Source: Lama glama
Lineage: Eukaryota
Assembly (NCBI GenBank): GCA_028534125.1
Contig: CM052817.1
Coordinates: 10,666,001 to 10,730,000 of the forward strand
Length of the DNA: 64,000 bases
Direction: 5' to 3'
Position 1 is the stretch's first letter; every line of letters begins with the position of its first letter. Shown here one piece after another: positions 47,824-61,825 of this stretch. Under the pieces are notes generated by a model. That model was not told where the DNA came from, searched no databases, and saw nothing but the letters and a program-made list of their open reading frames with translations. The position numbers and the translations under genes were made by a program.

Positions 47824-50643
47824 ACGTCTTATTTTTAAGCCCTTTGAGAACAGGGAATATGTTTTGTTCCCTTTTGTATCATCCAAGCACATTACATAAA
47901 GCTGTTCTTAACACAAAGCCTCCCATATGCTACGCACCTATTGTCTACAAGCTAGAAGAAGAAATAAATAAATACAGGAGTCCTATGGCATTTCCACCCC
48001 TATGGCCCTGCTCCATGTCTCTTTTGTATCTTCCTGTGATTTCTTCCGAACCAGACCTCCCTTCTGCTTTTCCATAACCATCTGCTTCCATCTTTTATTG
48101 GGCAGTTTTGTTTTTCTCCCTGTATCAAACCACCAGCATTGAATCAAGACTTACTACAAAACAATCCAGCCAAGCCTCAGCTTGGACAAAGAATTATCCC
48201 CAGCATTTTAGCAGATCCCAGCTAAATAAAGCATATCATACTTTCGACAAAAAGGCAACATTGTGTCTCTGTCTCAAGTGAGAGAGAAAAGCAGAGCTTT
48301 GAGATAGGAAGATGAGGAGAAATACTACTTACACACTGCAGACCATTAGGCCAGAAGCTAGGAAACGAGAGTGATCCATTCGTTGGGATGTGACACCCCA
48401 GAAGTGCTTACTGTCAATGAAACATCCATCTTCCGATCAGCCGGGCAGTGTAAGAGGCGGGCTGCCAACCCCTGCCACCTGAGTCTCATCGCTGACACCT
48501 GGGTGCTGCTTTTTCTACTTTATAGTTTATGACAAAGTCTCCAATAAAAAGCCTCCGGGACTTGGACTCTGAAGACACATGTCTGTAATTTCTCTTGTCA
48601 TCTCACGGGAAGTGAAGATGAGGTGTGGTCACTGTCAGTTACACTGAAGCAGGGCAGTCCTTTCCAGAGATGCTTCAAGGACAGACATCGCTGTTTATAG
48701 GCTGGCTGGCAGCACAGAACCTTGCCTACCTAACTCCACTCTACAGCAATTGTTCACCCGCCATGTTTGCTCGCTTGTCTGTACCAGACTATCATATACT
48801 TGGGTAATCTTCTCATTGTTCTGTAGTTAGGACCGAGCAAGTCCCACCTCTGCCACTTAGGCTTTTGCATAGCTGCCTGAAGCAGCAGCCTGGGAGACCT
48901 TTGAATTGCCTTGTAGATGTCGGATTTCAGACTATGGAGAACTTGAATTCCAAGTGCAGGTCCAACACTAACCATGTGATCCTGGATGAGATGTGGAAAC
49001 TCACTGAGCATCCCTTTCTTTACTTGTAGGGGGCAATAACCACGGGCAGATAAAATAATTTGTGATATAATGGAAAGATTGGAAAAAAGCCAGCTGTCCC
49101 ACAAAGGCTGGTTATATGAATTCTGGCCCATCCGTATCTGGGAGCTTCTTCCCCATTCCTAATGTCTCCTCTGATGGAGACGGAGCTCAACTAGAATAAT
49201 CTCCACCCCTCCTGACCCCTTCTGCACTCTTCCATAGGAAAGGAGGGGTGACCTCTCTAACTGGTGAGTTTGGGAAGAATAAATTGGACAGGCTTAGCTA
49301 GTACCCCTCTCCTCTCTCTTAGGAATGAGATGCCCACAGGAGTCCATCCCCATCAGTGTAGGACCTGCCTGTCTAGCACTGCTTGGAGTTGGCTAGGAGA
49401 TGCTGGATTATTCTAGGGTTCAATATTAGGAAGTCTCCCCATCTTCAGCTTCTGGCTGCCCTGTCCAATATCAGCCTCGTTAGAAATAAAGGTGATACTT
49501 ACGGCTTGAATAGCTCACGACTCAGGTAGGAAAGATGGTGGCTCTTCTGCAGGTGTTCTCAAAGCTCCAACATCATACCATGGAGTATTATATTACAAAT
49601 TTAAAATAATTTAACAGATACATGTTTATTGACATAGAATGATAGAATGATGTTTGTTATATGCTGTTAGGAATAAAAAGATTATGAAATAGTATGTATG
49701 CTGAGATTCTGGTTTTGTTTAAAATATACACAGTTACTTGTAGGTGACATGTAACAATAGAACAAAAGTCTGAAATGGCAGCATGAACATTTAATAGCAG
49801 TTGTCTTGGAGTGGTAGAATGATGGGTGTTTTTTTCCAATATTCTTTGTACTTTTTAAAAATCTAAAATAAAAATGTATTTCTATGGTATTGACAAAAAT
49901 GCCAGTTATTTATTTGCTACAAAAAAAAAGTCATTTTCAAAATTATCTGAACACAAATGTCTCACAATTACCTTTTCATGAGTTCACTGCCTGGTTTGTT
50001 AGCTCAAGTCAGAAGTAATTATATATTTGGTTGGGGGACCATCTGGTGTCACTGACTTTAAATGGGCAAGTTTCCACAGGCTGTAAACCCCTTTGAGTTT
50101 CAGAATAGAAAGGAGACAAAAAAAAAAAAAAAGCTACTTCGAAATTTGAATAATGCTCCATGCTCAGTATGTGTCAAATACAAGGAAAGGGAAAGAGAGA
50201 TTAATAAACAGATCACATGAAAATGTAGACCTGTCTAGCCAGAAAGAAACTGAGGGTTGCTCTAGCCCGCTGGAGGAAAACCATGGCTGTTCCTTCTCTC
50301 TGCGTCCCTGTAATAGAAGTCAGTAATGGATGTTCGAAGATGAGGAAGCTGAAATATCAGGTAGGTAAGTGACTTGTGAAGAGTCACGCAGCTAACAACA
50401 GAATCTGACACCAAATCTTTAGTTCGCCCAATGAAAATACTTTCATTAAGCCCTTTGCAAGAGCAAATCCCTGTCCTAGGCCTTGTGGAGCTGCTTCAAT
50501 GAAAAGAGTATTTAGCTGTCCTGGGAAGTTTACAATGTACTCAGAATGTGTCTTTGATGCATGGCAGAAGGGAACAAAATCATGCAATATAGGAAAAAAC
50601 TGACCCACAGTGAGAGAACAGAGGAAAAGAAACTAATTGTGGG

Positions 50644-50784
50644 TTTTTTGTTGTTGCTTGTTTGTTTTGGGGGGGGGGTTCGGTAATTAGGTTTATTTAT
50701 TTGTTTAATGGAGGTACTGGGGATTGAACCCAAGACCTCATGCATGCTAAGCATGTACTCTAACCACTGAGCTACACTCTCCCC
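50644..50784 (-). mobile_element. tRNA-Ala-derived SINE (Vic-1-like)
   Basis: Reverse reads GGGGAGAGTGTAGCTCAGTGGTTAGAGTACATGCTTAGCATGCATGAGGTCTTGGGTTCAATCCCCAGTACCTCC...AAACCTAATTACC. Confidence 0.92.
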
Positions 50785-51349
50785 ACTGCTAATCATGACA
50801 GGAAAGATTCAGAAGCCCGGAGCTCAATCCACTACACTGTGAAAAATGTATACCATAGATGCAAGCCTAGCTCATTATAGGTGCTCAATGAACACTAATT
50901 GAATAAATGAATAAATGAATATTAAAAAGGATATATGCTATAAGAATATATACACTATATATATAAACTCCAAGATAAACCGACAAAATAAAAACACTCC
51001 AAGAAGCACATATATCTGTGAAAATGCATAACCATCTAACTAAGCATGACGGTTTCTGAATTCTCTCTTTAGTATGTGTTTCCTACTCTTCGTTTGTTTT
51101 GTTGTTTGCTAGTTCTCACTAGCCAATAAGTTAGTGAGCTAAAGGAAAATAACTAAAAATTAAGAAAATCTATCCACTAACTTATTTCTTATCCTTTATG
51201 AATGAGAAAAGACTGTATTCATTCAATTTTGGAGGTTTAGTAATTAAACGTTTACTTGAATTACTTACTGGTTGTTAAAATATCATTCAGACTATTGCTA
51301 TTACTATAGAATTTCTAAATATATCATATAAAGTTTTGAAGCCTTAGAG

Positions 51350-52330
51350 GTGTTGAAAATACAATATAAATAAGGCTTGCTGACCAAACAAAATTGTGAG
51401 AAAATATTTATAAAATGGATGAACTAGAAAGACAAGAAAATTTTAAGACACAAAGAGCTTCTATAAGTCAATATGAAAAAAAGATTTTTTTTTCTTAAAA
51501 GCATGAAAATCATAAATGAAGAAAAAAAAAAGGCCTTGGCCATAAAAAGAATGCCATTCAGTATTAATCAGCTAAACAAAATAAAACAAGATGTATTTTT
51601 TATCAAATCAGATTTTCAAAGATTGAAAATGGCCCCATATTGATAAAGGGGCATGGAAACACAATCTCACATGCCTGAGGGATTTGGCAATATGTATCAT
51701 GTTGTTTAAATGTACATACTGTTTGATCCAGTAGCTTTACTTCTAAGGAGTCATCCAAAAGAATCAATAAGGATTATGGGAAAGGTGCTTGGTAGTCACA
51801 GAGAAAAGAATAATGAAACAGTAGCTAACACTTATTAAACTGTCTACCAGTCACTCTGATATCCAATTTCCATTCATTAACTGTTTTACTTCCCCCAAAA
51901 TCTCTGAGATAGATAACTGCTACTATCTCCATTTTACAGTTGAGAAAACAGTTTCTTCGAGAAGTTAAGAAATTTAACAAATTTCCGTGGAGATTATGAA
52001 CGAAAACTCATTGTACCATTTTTTTATAACAGCAGAAACTTGGGCACAACCTAACAGATTAGGTGGTTAGTTTAATAAAAAAAAAAAAGAGGTGTATTTA
52101 CACAATGGGATGTCACTACTGAAAAGAATGAAGTAGATCTCTGTATCTTGACATGAAGCGATAACCATGATACATTATTGAGTGAAAAAAGGATACAGAT
52201 ATTGTATATATATAATTGTTTAAATATACATAAGCATTTCAATTATGTACTTCAGAATATTCACAGTAATTATCTCTAAGGGGAAAGATTATGAAGTCTG
52301 CTTTATGAAATGTATCTTATTTTAGTTTAA
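51350..52330 (+). mobile_element. Old LINE-1 remnant (L1ME-like) interrupted by a MIR (~51820-51970, minus)
   Basis: gatttggcaatatgtatc...tttgatccagtagc...aaaagaatgaagtagatctctgtatcttgacatg. MIR: ctccattttacagttgagaaaaca. Confidence 0.65.
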
Positions 52331-52715
52331 ATAATTAGCATGTGATACTATGGAGACAGTCCTGGAAAACACTCCTCTTCTCCACTGAGCCCTACACCAG
52401 TTGTGAAATATGACAAAACAGTCATGAAAATAGGGCTGAAAATGACATCATCATTACTACAGAGCTCATAGCAGAGGTCCTAGGCTTCCCCACCCTGGGG
52501 ACATGGTCTTTAAGGCTAAGATTACTGCATGGAAGGAGCTGAGACAAGAGTGCCTCTTTGTCTTTTCGTACTTACTGATCAGATTAAGTCACTTTTCCCC
52601 CGTCAGCTGGGCTAGAAAGAGCGAGGGAGCAGAGTGAGGTCAAGGTGGTATGGCGAGGTAAGGTCGGGTGGGGAAGAAGTGTTCCCCCTACCCGCAATTA
52701 CTTACTTAAAAGCTT

Positions 52716-53228
52716 TGGGGGGCAGAATAAGTGTCTCCAAGTATATCCAAATCTTAATTCCTGGAACCTGTGAATATTACTTATACAGCAAAAAGGACTT
52801 CTCAGATATGATTAAGTTATGGATCTTCAGATGGGGAGATTGTTCTGGAATATCCTAAATGTGCTCTAAATGTAATCACAAGTGTCTTTGTAAGAGGGAG
52901 GCAGAGGGAGACTTGATTCAGAAGAGAAAAGATACTGGAAACAGCGGGAAAGGAGAGAGAGTTCAGGATGTCGTACTGCTGGCTTTAAGGACAGGGGAAG
53001 AGGCCAGGGACCAAGGAATGCAGTGGCCACTAGAAGCTGGAAAAGGTGAGGAAACGGATGCTCCCTACAGAGCCTTCAGAAGGAACCAGCCCTGCCGACA
53101 TCTTGACTTTTGCCCAGTGAAATGAATTTCAGAATTCTGAATTCCTGAACTTAAGGCAATAAATTTGTGTTGCTTTAAGTCACTAAGTTTGTGTTAATCT
53201 GTTACAGTAGCAACAGGAATCTAATACA
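52716..53228 (+). mobile_element. MaLR solo LTR (MLT1D-like)
   Basis: aattcctggaacctgtgaatat...gatggggagattg...tagaagctggaaaagg...gttacagtagcaacaggaatctaataca. Confidence 0.88.
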
Positions 53229-56200
53229 TGTTCCTGAAGAATTCAGTAGCTATGTTTGCATGTTTACAAAGAGTACTCAGAGGGTTCTGTTAACTGTAAT
53301 TTAGCAGAAAGTAACCCACGTCCCTTCTCTCTCTTACAAATACGCCTTGTGCTAAACTCTGCTTGAAGCAGTGATCAACTGCTGTCTCCAATACAATGAG
53401 ATCTTATTTACCTGACAGTGGAAAATGGGAAAAGTTTACCAGTGAATTGTCCAGATATGGAAATTTCCTTTTAAAGTTCCCAAAGTTGAACATTGCATCG
53501 TTCTGCTCTAAGTTTTCCTTGAAAGAATTATACATTCCCAGTCTTCTTCAGTACACCACCCTGGACAGATTTGAGTCTTCATTTTGTTTGTAACTGTGGG
53601 TCATAGATGGGATTGTACAAAGTAGGATCTGTGTGCTGAAATGTCCTTAAGGCATTGAGATGTAATATAGGGCTCTTAAGTTCTGTTTCAGATTCCCCCA
53701 GAACTTCTACTGTGTCTGAATTCTTTGGCCGGAGCATTACAAATGTTGCCGTCTCCCTGGCTCTCGAGATGTCTGGTATACCTCCGTATTGCAGCTTCTG
53801 TCCTGCTTTTAGCAAGCTCTAGCTTTTCTGGGTTGCTATTTCTAATGTGCGACTAAATAGGAAATCAGAAAACTAAGCTTGCAACAATATTTTCCGAAAT
53901 AAATAAGAGCTCAGCTTTCTAAGATGCTATCTTGTGAGTAAAAGTGCAGTAGTGCGCTGTCTGAATTGATCTATGTGTTGTTTCTGCAAAAGTCCAGTGG
54001 GCTGATTGCCGGTATCTGAAATGATCCATTTGCCAGGCTATGAGCTCTCTGAAGGCCAGAGTTGTATCTTAAAGTAGTAATTATTTAATGTGCACCTAGT
54101 ATGTATCAGACACTGTGTAAAATGTTTAGAAATCTAATTGTACGTGCACACACACACACACACGTCTGATACACACACATGGTAGGTAGTTATTCTATTT
54201 CTCATCTTACAGAAATGGAAACTGAGACTAAGAGCTGGAGTGACATGTCCAGAACTGATAAGGAACTGATACCTTGTTGTGGGCACTAGACCACCTTGTA
54301 TTCTCCGTGGATGATAGAGCCCATGGCACATAGTAGGTGCTCAACAAATGGTGTTGAGATGAACGTGTCTCACTGCTCCCGGTCTTCGCAGAGCGCAGTG
54401 CACACAGAGCTCATTCAGGAGAGTGCACGGCACACCATATCCAACTCAAATGTTTGCGAAATGAAAAACTTGAATCATGTCTGTCACTGCATGCATCTCC
54501 CTCAAACGGTGCAGTAAAAGGGCAGCGCGTTCACCGCGGATCCCCGGGAACAGAAACCACTAACAAATGTAGCTTGTTAGTCTGCTGTCAGGAGCAAGAT
54601 TTTTATCAGGAATGTTGTATTTCTGAAGACACCAGAATGATTTCCTCCTAATAAATTTCCATCTTATTCAGAGAAGCTAAGATTCTGCCAGGAGCTCAGA
54701 GCCTCCTGGGGGTACGGCTCGGCAGCTTTGTACTGCGGGATTAGATGTGAGCGCACGGCTCGGACAGGCAGGCATGAACCCAGCCGTCGGGGCTCCGGGG
54801 GGCATTTAAAACAACCGCTCAGAAGCACACACGCGTGGGGCTGGGTTTCCAACACTCTTTTGAAGAGACCTGAAATGTGGTGGTAATGCGCTTCCCTCCC
54901 TTCCAGTAGAGGAGGAACTGGGTTTGTCTGCCTGTCTATTCTGGCAGAAAGGAAAGAGAATATTTTCCTATATTCATTTCAGATTTGATTCACGAAAGTT
55001 TGAAACATGGTTAATGCTGCATTTTTTTTTAATTTTTCCATTTTGAGGTTTTTTTGTTTTTTTTTTTTTTTTCAGTTCTCCACTTTCAATACCACTTCCT
55101 TCAAATGTGTCATGAAAACACACCCAAGAAGGGAAATTCTGAAGACCCTAATGGATTAATTCTTGCAGAGAGCAGATGATAGGTTTAATTGTTCAAATGT
55201 GGATGGCGTTTCTTCAAAGGGACGGGCTTAGTCCCTCCCTTTCCCCCTCTGTTTTCAGCCTCTCCCCGGTTCTTTAATAAACAGGAGTTGCGTCTTAGAT
55301 TCCTTTTCCTCTTTTTATGGATCCCAAACTATATTTAAACCCTAAATTCTTTCCTCTGTTCCCAAGGGATCATCAAGCAGCCTCCTCTGAACAACAAGGA
55401 AGGCAATGAAGAGAAATGGTGTGGAATTACGTTTTTTTTCTTTCAGAAATACCACTCCAGCCTGTACACTTACTCTGTTTGTGATTTAGAGGGGCTTGGC
55501 ACCTCCCTCCCCGCCAGGACTCCCCTGGGAAAAAGGATGAATGGCCATCTCAGTGTTGCATAAAAATTAGTATCAGGTCACAAATTATTGGAGCCTATTA
55601 GGGGTTCTTTTAAGTAAATTAAGGCTGTATATCACAGTCTTCCAAGAGGTGTGGGTGCTTCAAATCCTCCAAATTAAAAGAACCTTGAAGATTTCCTGAA
55701 ATCGAATAGTAAATATGATTAGAAGACAGGGCTGATTGTTACAAACATCGCTTCCCTTTTGTGACAGCCCTGCTTTAAAAAAAATATTAGAAATGAGATG
55801 ATGGATCTTACAAATGAAGGAATTTCAGCGAAGAAAAGGGATCATATAGTTAGAAAATCATACATCAAGAACACATCACCAATTCTCTAATCCATTAGGT
55901 CACCAGGAAATTTAGGAGAATATGCTAGTGTGTGTGCATGTGTGTGTGTGTGTGTGTGCATTTGTATGTGTGCACAGGTGTGTTGTTTGTGTGGGCGTGG
56001 ATGCTTCAGGCCACCCAAAAGCAGTTAATATTGCCTCCAGCCAGACCCATCCATATTATTGTTCTATGTCTATTTCTTCACTAGTCAGATTTAAGCCAAA
56101 TTTTACTGTGTTTTCTCTATCTTTCAAGTAGCAAGTTGGTATTATACTTCAGCGTTCATGAACTATCGAGGAAGCTATACATTACTGCCCAGCACGATGA

Positions 56201-57078
56201 CTACAATTCTTACATTTCATCTTGATTTCAGAAAAATTTAGACACGTTTAGTCATGTTTTCTCAGGGCCAGTGCCTACTTCATGGATGTTCTCACAACCC
56301 TCCGCAATGACTCCTTTCCAGAATCATTTGGACTCCGTTCCCTTGGACTTACGTTCCCAACCCTGCCCCTCCCCATTCTTCTGTTGAAAGGGTCATCGCG
56401 GAACAGGACCTTCTGCTTACAGTTTGAGCTTCACTTACAAGGAAGATTGTCCCTACGGCTGCTCACCCCTCCTACCACATCACCATTCCAGAGGCCCATC
56501 CGTCATCTGCTGCCCCAGTTCTTCCTGGATGAAGTCGGGGGAAGAGCCCTGCACTGGGAGGAAAGAGCCCTGCATCCCGCGTCCAGTTCTGCCACCAACA
56601 CTAGCAGCTGTGAACAGTGCTTGGTCCTCAAGTGACTCAGCTCATTTCATCTCTAAGATGCTTGATGAAGAGGGTACTGGTTCAAACCCATTTCCGACCC
56701 GGAAACTGAGGCTCAGAGAAGTTAAATACTTTGCCCAGGGGAGCAGCTGGGACTTGAATCCAGGCATCGAGACCAATGTTGCTGGCTTGGAAAGGACCAC
56801 CCATCAGCCCAGCCACTGTCTGTGAAATGAGACAGACGTTTGACCATTTAACCTCACTTCTACATTTCCTTCTAGCTCAAATAGTTTATGAAAGTTTCTG
56901 TTTCTCTAGTTTTAAGTCAAATTTTAAAGAGGAAGCTAAAGACCTTGTTATGCTTTGAGGAAGGCAGCGCCACACTGAGGGTCTGCAGTAGGGTTCTCAG
57001 AGGTTTTATGCACATATTCTCAAGCACAAGAAGTTAACACAAATCCCAAGCAAAATGCAGAATTAAAAAGAATACCTA

Positions 57079-57232
57079 GGGGGAGAGTATAGCTCAGTGG
57101 TAGAGCACATGCTTAGCACGCATGAGGTCCTGGGTTCAATCCCCAGTACCTCCATTAAAATAACTAACTAAATAAATAAACCTAATTACCTCCCCCCACC
57201 AAAAAAAAAAACCAAAAATAACAGAAAAACAA
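57079..57232 (+). mobile_element. tRNA-Ala-derived SINE (Vic-1-like)
   Basis: A box TAGCTCAGTGG, B box GGTTCAATCC, AGC anticodon loop, tail aaacctaattacctcccc plus A-rich end. TSD aaaaagaataccta / aaaaaggatgccca. Confidence 0.95.
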
Positions 57233-57859
57233 AAAAAGGATGCCCAACCCCGGCTTGAAAATATTGAAGGTGAGATTACAGATGGTTTCCTTCTTAATTT
57301 CTGCCTGTGAATTTCCATATACCATATTTGTAAAATCTTACTCTTTCTACCTGTTTTCCAATACAGACTTGGGTGTAGCATTTGTTCATTTGCCAAAAAA
57401 AATTTTTTTTAACACTTAGAAAAATAAAATTCCAGAAAGACATTCAGCAAATTACTGACATTTTCTTTGGGAGACCAGAAGCTCGAAACTCTTTTTGTTT
57501 GTTTTGTTGTTGCATCTGATTTTCCCATGAATTTGTATGACTTTTCTTAAAAGAAGCATAAAGAACAACAAATTAAAAAAAATAAAAACCAAGCCAACAA
57601 AAAAGCTCTCTTTGCCTTCTTCCAAAATTCCTGTCATTTCAAATTGAGGAAGGAAACACATGATGCAGAGTGGGGAATGGGGGAGAGATCTCCCTGAGAT
57701 TTAATCTAAATCACACAGATTCCTAATGCATCTAATTGAGCAGTGTTGCGATGGGGAGAGAAAGCCTTGCAGAGATTTCTTTTCTCCCCAGGATTTTTCT
57801 CCAGGGCAGCTGATGGTCTGAGAATGAGATTATAGAGTCTATCTTCTTTTAATTATACC

Positions 57860-58170
57860 CCACAGCTTCACAATTCTTTGTTTGGAATTCTGAAATCCAA
57901 AGGACTCTGAAATTTGAAAACTTTCTTCAAAACTTATTTGGCTGCATATCTAACCATTCCTGATGGTCTTTATGGCACTTAGTGTGGTCATTAGCGTATT
58001 TTCCTGCAGAAATAGGAAGGTCAGGGTATTGGGTAACTCCCCATCGCATCTGCTCTAGGTGTCATGTAATATACCCAATGTGTACACTGAGTGATCTTCT
58101 AAAATTTCTGTGATTCTGAATTCTAGACTTCTCTGATCTTCAAGTCCTGTCTGAGGACTTAGAGACCCAT
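57860..58170. mobile_element. TcMar-Tigger MITE, MER46C-like
   Basis: aattctgaaatccaaaggactctgaaa...aaaacttatttggc...cacttagtgtg...ctgcagaaata...ttctaaaat...ttctgaattc. Confidence 0.7.
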
Positions 58171-58995
58171 ACCCAACTCAAAATTCAATGCTATTTAAAC
58201 CTTACAAGGGGACATAGCTCCATTGTGTACTTGCAATTTCCTCTTTTGATTTCCCAGCTAAGGTTATCTATCTCTCATGATATGCATCTTACTGGACTTG
58301 TTGAAGGAAAGTGATGTACAATCTTGGGAGGTTGGAACTAGGGAGAGAACCTTTGTGAATAAAGTATCATTTTAAGACAAGTGAAAAATAATCATCAAAT
58401 GAACGAACCACTTTTTTTCTATCTTTGCACAGGAAATAGCCCTGCATTTCAAATCAGAACTGCCCTCGCATGTTCTTATTTTAAATACGCTTTTCTTTGA
58501 TTGGTAATATTGCACAAGGAGACGATTCACGTAGAGGATGACAGAATCGGGCATATTTTTATAGATAGGTGCTCTAACCTTCACAAACATTCCAGGTGAT
58601 TACATCCACTAAGATGCCAGAACACATATCAAGAAGAGAAATCACTTTAGCCTCCTAATTTGGGTAAATGAGTCTCTTTGATCAAATATTTATTTTTTCA
58701 CCTTGCAACACAAATAATGCAGGAGAAGAAAGATGTTTCTGAGGTGGCATCAGTACAGGACATACTGTTCAAGGAGAAGTAGGCATTCACCTCGTGGTTG
58801 AAAACTTTAATGAAATTGAGCTACCAAATTCTTGGACATTTCATCCTTTCAGATTATAAACCCATCAAAATAATATTTGGTCCCAGGCACAGATCCAGCC
58901 AGGACTGGCTTCCTGCTTTCGGTGAGTCAGTCTTGATTTCTTCTTGTGGTAAGCAGAGATCTAGTTTAAATTATTAAAATCAGCCAAGGCGACCC

Positions 58996-59363
58996 TTATG
59001 GGCTGAATGTCTATGCCTCCCTCAAATTTTCACACTTTGAAATCCTAGCCTTCACTGTAATGCTATTTGGAGGCTGAGCCTCTGGGGGGTAAATAGGTTT
59101 AGATGAGGAAATGAAGGTGGGGCTCCCATCATTGAATTAGTGCCCTTATAAGAAGAGGAAAAGAGACCAGAGCCCTCTCTTTCCATCATGTGAGGACACA
59201 GCAAAAAGGTAGCCTTTGGCAAGAGGCCTCTCACTAGGAACCAAGTCAGCTGGTCCCTTGATCTTGGACTTTCCAGGCTCCAGAACTATGAGAAAGGATC
59301 ATCTACTGTTTAAGCCACCCAGGCCATGGCATTTTGTGGAAAAAGTCCAAGGTGACTGAGACA
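58996..59363 (+). mobile_element. MaLR solo LTR (MLT1A-like)
   Basis: tatgggctgaatg...attagtgcccttataagaagagg...ccttgatcttggactttcca...gactgagaca. Confidence 0.88.
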
Positions 59364-59739
59364 GGGTCTCCACCTTCAGAAAAGGATTCATACACAGACC
59401 TTTCATTGGGCAAAATTTGGTAATATGATTTCTTGAGAGTCAATTGCTTTGGTTTTTTGTTTGATACTTCATACCAAACTCTGAAAATCTAAAAACTGGA
59501 AAACAAGCAAACGACTGAAAATTACCTCTAAGCTCCACCAACAGATCTCCAGATTGGTTAGTTTTCTTTTGACTTAGAACCTGTGAGCCCTGAACTTGGT
59601 TTAAATGCACAGTCTCAGTGCATAGCTCAAGTGCCACTGTGCAGGAGTGGAACTGTGGTGAGGAAAGAACTCAAGGGACAGGAGAAGGCAACTGAGACAC
59701 CTTAGGAAAAAGAGTTTCTAAGAAGAGAAGGTAAGAGCA

Positions 59740-59965
59740 AAGCCATTGGAGTCACAAGGGTCCAGGATGAATCCTGGCTCAGGGACCTGAAGGCTGTGTG
59801 TCCTGGAGCTGGTTATTCACACCCTCCAACCCTCCAAACTGTTTTCTCACATTTGAAATGAAACCATTCATTGCCCGTTGATGTGAGGATTACACAGGAT
59901 CATGTAAGTAACAAGTTGAGCAACGTGCCAGGCATGGAAGTAAGAACTCAGTAAATTGTAGTTTT
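59740..59965 (+). mobile_element. MIR SINE
   Basis: tggagtcaca...gaatcctggctc...gctgtgtgtcctgg...gtgaggatta...gtgccaggcatggaagtaagaactcagtaaat. Confidence 0.7.
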
Positions 59966-60359
59966 AATATTCCCCCTAATATCCCAGTCTTACCTACCCC
60001 CACCCCTTACCTGCACCTCCTGCCTTTCACATTCAAGATTAAAGAAATGACAAATCTGAGTCTCAGGCTTACATTTGTGTGTGAGCAGCACTATCTTCCC
60101 ACAATTCTTGCAGAAAGCTTCACAATTAAAAACTAAAATAAAACGTTCACACTTCAGATTTTATTTTAACCAACCCACAAAATTTTTATCCATCTCTGCC
60201 TTTCATAAACCCTGCAGCTGATGGCAGGAAAGTCAGACGAGCCGCCTTTAGATGTCTCGGGTTCTTGAATTTTCTGCTGCTGATTAAAATTCTATCTCAC
60301 CCATTGCCTGATCTCACAGGTCCCTGACTGCAAAGCCTGCAGAGCCAAGCCTGCTCCAG

Positions 60360-60600
60360 TTTTATTCATTTATTCATCAAACATTTATTGAGCATCTTCT
60401 ATATGCCAGGCACAGTGCTAGGCTCTGCACCAGCCGTGAATAAGGCAACATTTCTATTCCCAGAGAACTCACAGCATGGACGAGAGTCAGACATAAAAAA
60501 ACAATTACAATACAATGCAGAAGATGCAATGATAGAAGTTCGTCAGGAAGCAGAGGGGAGAGGGCTACAGAGGATGGGGGAGCAGCAATAAGAAAGCTTC
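60360..60600 (-). mobile_element. LINE-2 3' end
   Basis: tttattcatttattcatcaaacatttattgagcatcttctatatgccaggcacagtgctagg. Confidence 0.8.
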
Positions 60601-60771
60601 AGGACAGAACTGATGGCGTGGCTCAGAGAGGCATGACTTGCCGAAAGTCTCTCCTCTCAGTCAAGGAGACTTCTCTCTCCCTCATTAATATGAATAACCA
60701 CCTCTCCCCCATTTTTCCTTCACTGCCATATCTCTAGCACTTAGAACAGTGCCTGGCACATAGTAGATGCT

Positions 60772-61148
60772 TGTTATGGCTGAACTGTGTCTCCCCCAAC
60801 CTTGCCCCAAACTCACACGTTTAAGTTCTAATCCCCTAGTATCTCAGAAGGTGACTGTATTTGGATATAGAATTTTAAAAGAGGTAATTAAGGAAAAATA
60901 ATCTCATCAAGACAGATCTTAAAACAGTCTGACTGGTTTTCTCAAAAGAAGAGGAGATTAGGACACAGACACGCACAGGGGGAGACCACGTGAAGACACA
61001 GGGAGAAGAAAGCCTAGGAGAGAGACTTCAGAAGGAAGCCGCCCTCCCAACACCTTGAACTTGGACTTCTAGCCCCCAGAAAACGGGAGGAAATATATTT
61101 CTGTTGTCATGTGGTACTTTGTCATGGCAGCCCTAGCAAACTCAGTCT
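60772..61148 (+). mobile_element. MaLR solo LTR (MLT1B-like) nested in an L2 3' end
   Basis: tgttatggctgaactgtgtc...gtgactgtatttgga...caccttgaacttggacttctagcc...atggcagccctagcaaact. Confidence 0.85.
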
Positions 61149-61825
61149 CTGCTCAGCTGCGTTTGTTGAGTACATCAGTGAATAATGTTTGCATTATTGT
61201 AACTGAGATGTATCTAGATAGATGAGAGAGACAGAGAAGCAGACAGACAGAGATGAGTGGGTATAGATATGCATCCTTACCCCACACCCACCATGGAGTC
61301 CTGGCAGGCTGCTCGCTTATTAAGTGACATGCAGGCAGTGCTCAATAAATGTATGTGAGTTTGTTGATTCACATTAACTCATTTCCAAGGGTCAGATGAG
61401 ATACTTGGCTTCTTTTTAAAAGGTGAAAAAGTTTTGTCTGATTTTAACCCCGTGATTTGATTGCAGGTGACCAAAAAAAGGAAAATAGGAGGGGATGGAA
61501 GCTCACATTTACTAATCACCCCCCTGTGCCACTTTCTGAAAAATATTTAATTTCACCCTCACGACAGTCTGTGAGACAGGTATGAAAAGCCACATTTCCC
61601 AGGTGGTGAAACTGAGGCTCAGAGAGTTTTAGTGACTTATTTGATGTCCCAAATCATGTCCAGTATTGCATGTCTACAAAATCAATATTTATACAGCACT
61701 TTCCTCTTCATATATTTTAGGTCTATCTCACTGGCCCCTCTCTCAATTCTGTGATTCAGAAAACCTAAGTGCCTTGCCTAGTGTAAAGTACTCTTGCTTT
61801 TAACTTAAAAAAAAATCAATTTTGT

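Noticed and set aside
47270..47899. Long ORFs of 175-209 aa
   Set aside because: Artefacts of the 500-N gap.
57079..57155. Apparent tRNA-Ala(AGC) gene
   Set aside because: The acceptor stem is disrupted, it is followed by a SINE tail, A-rich end and TSD, and there are three related copies in the window. It is a SINE.
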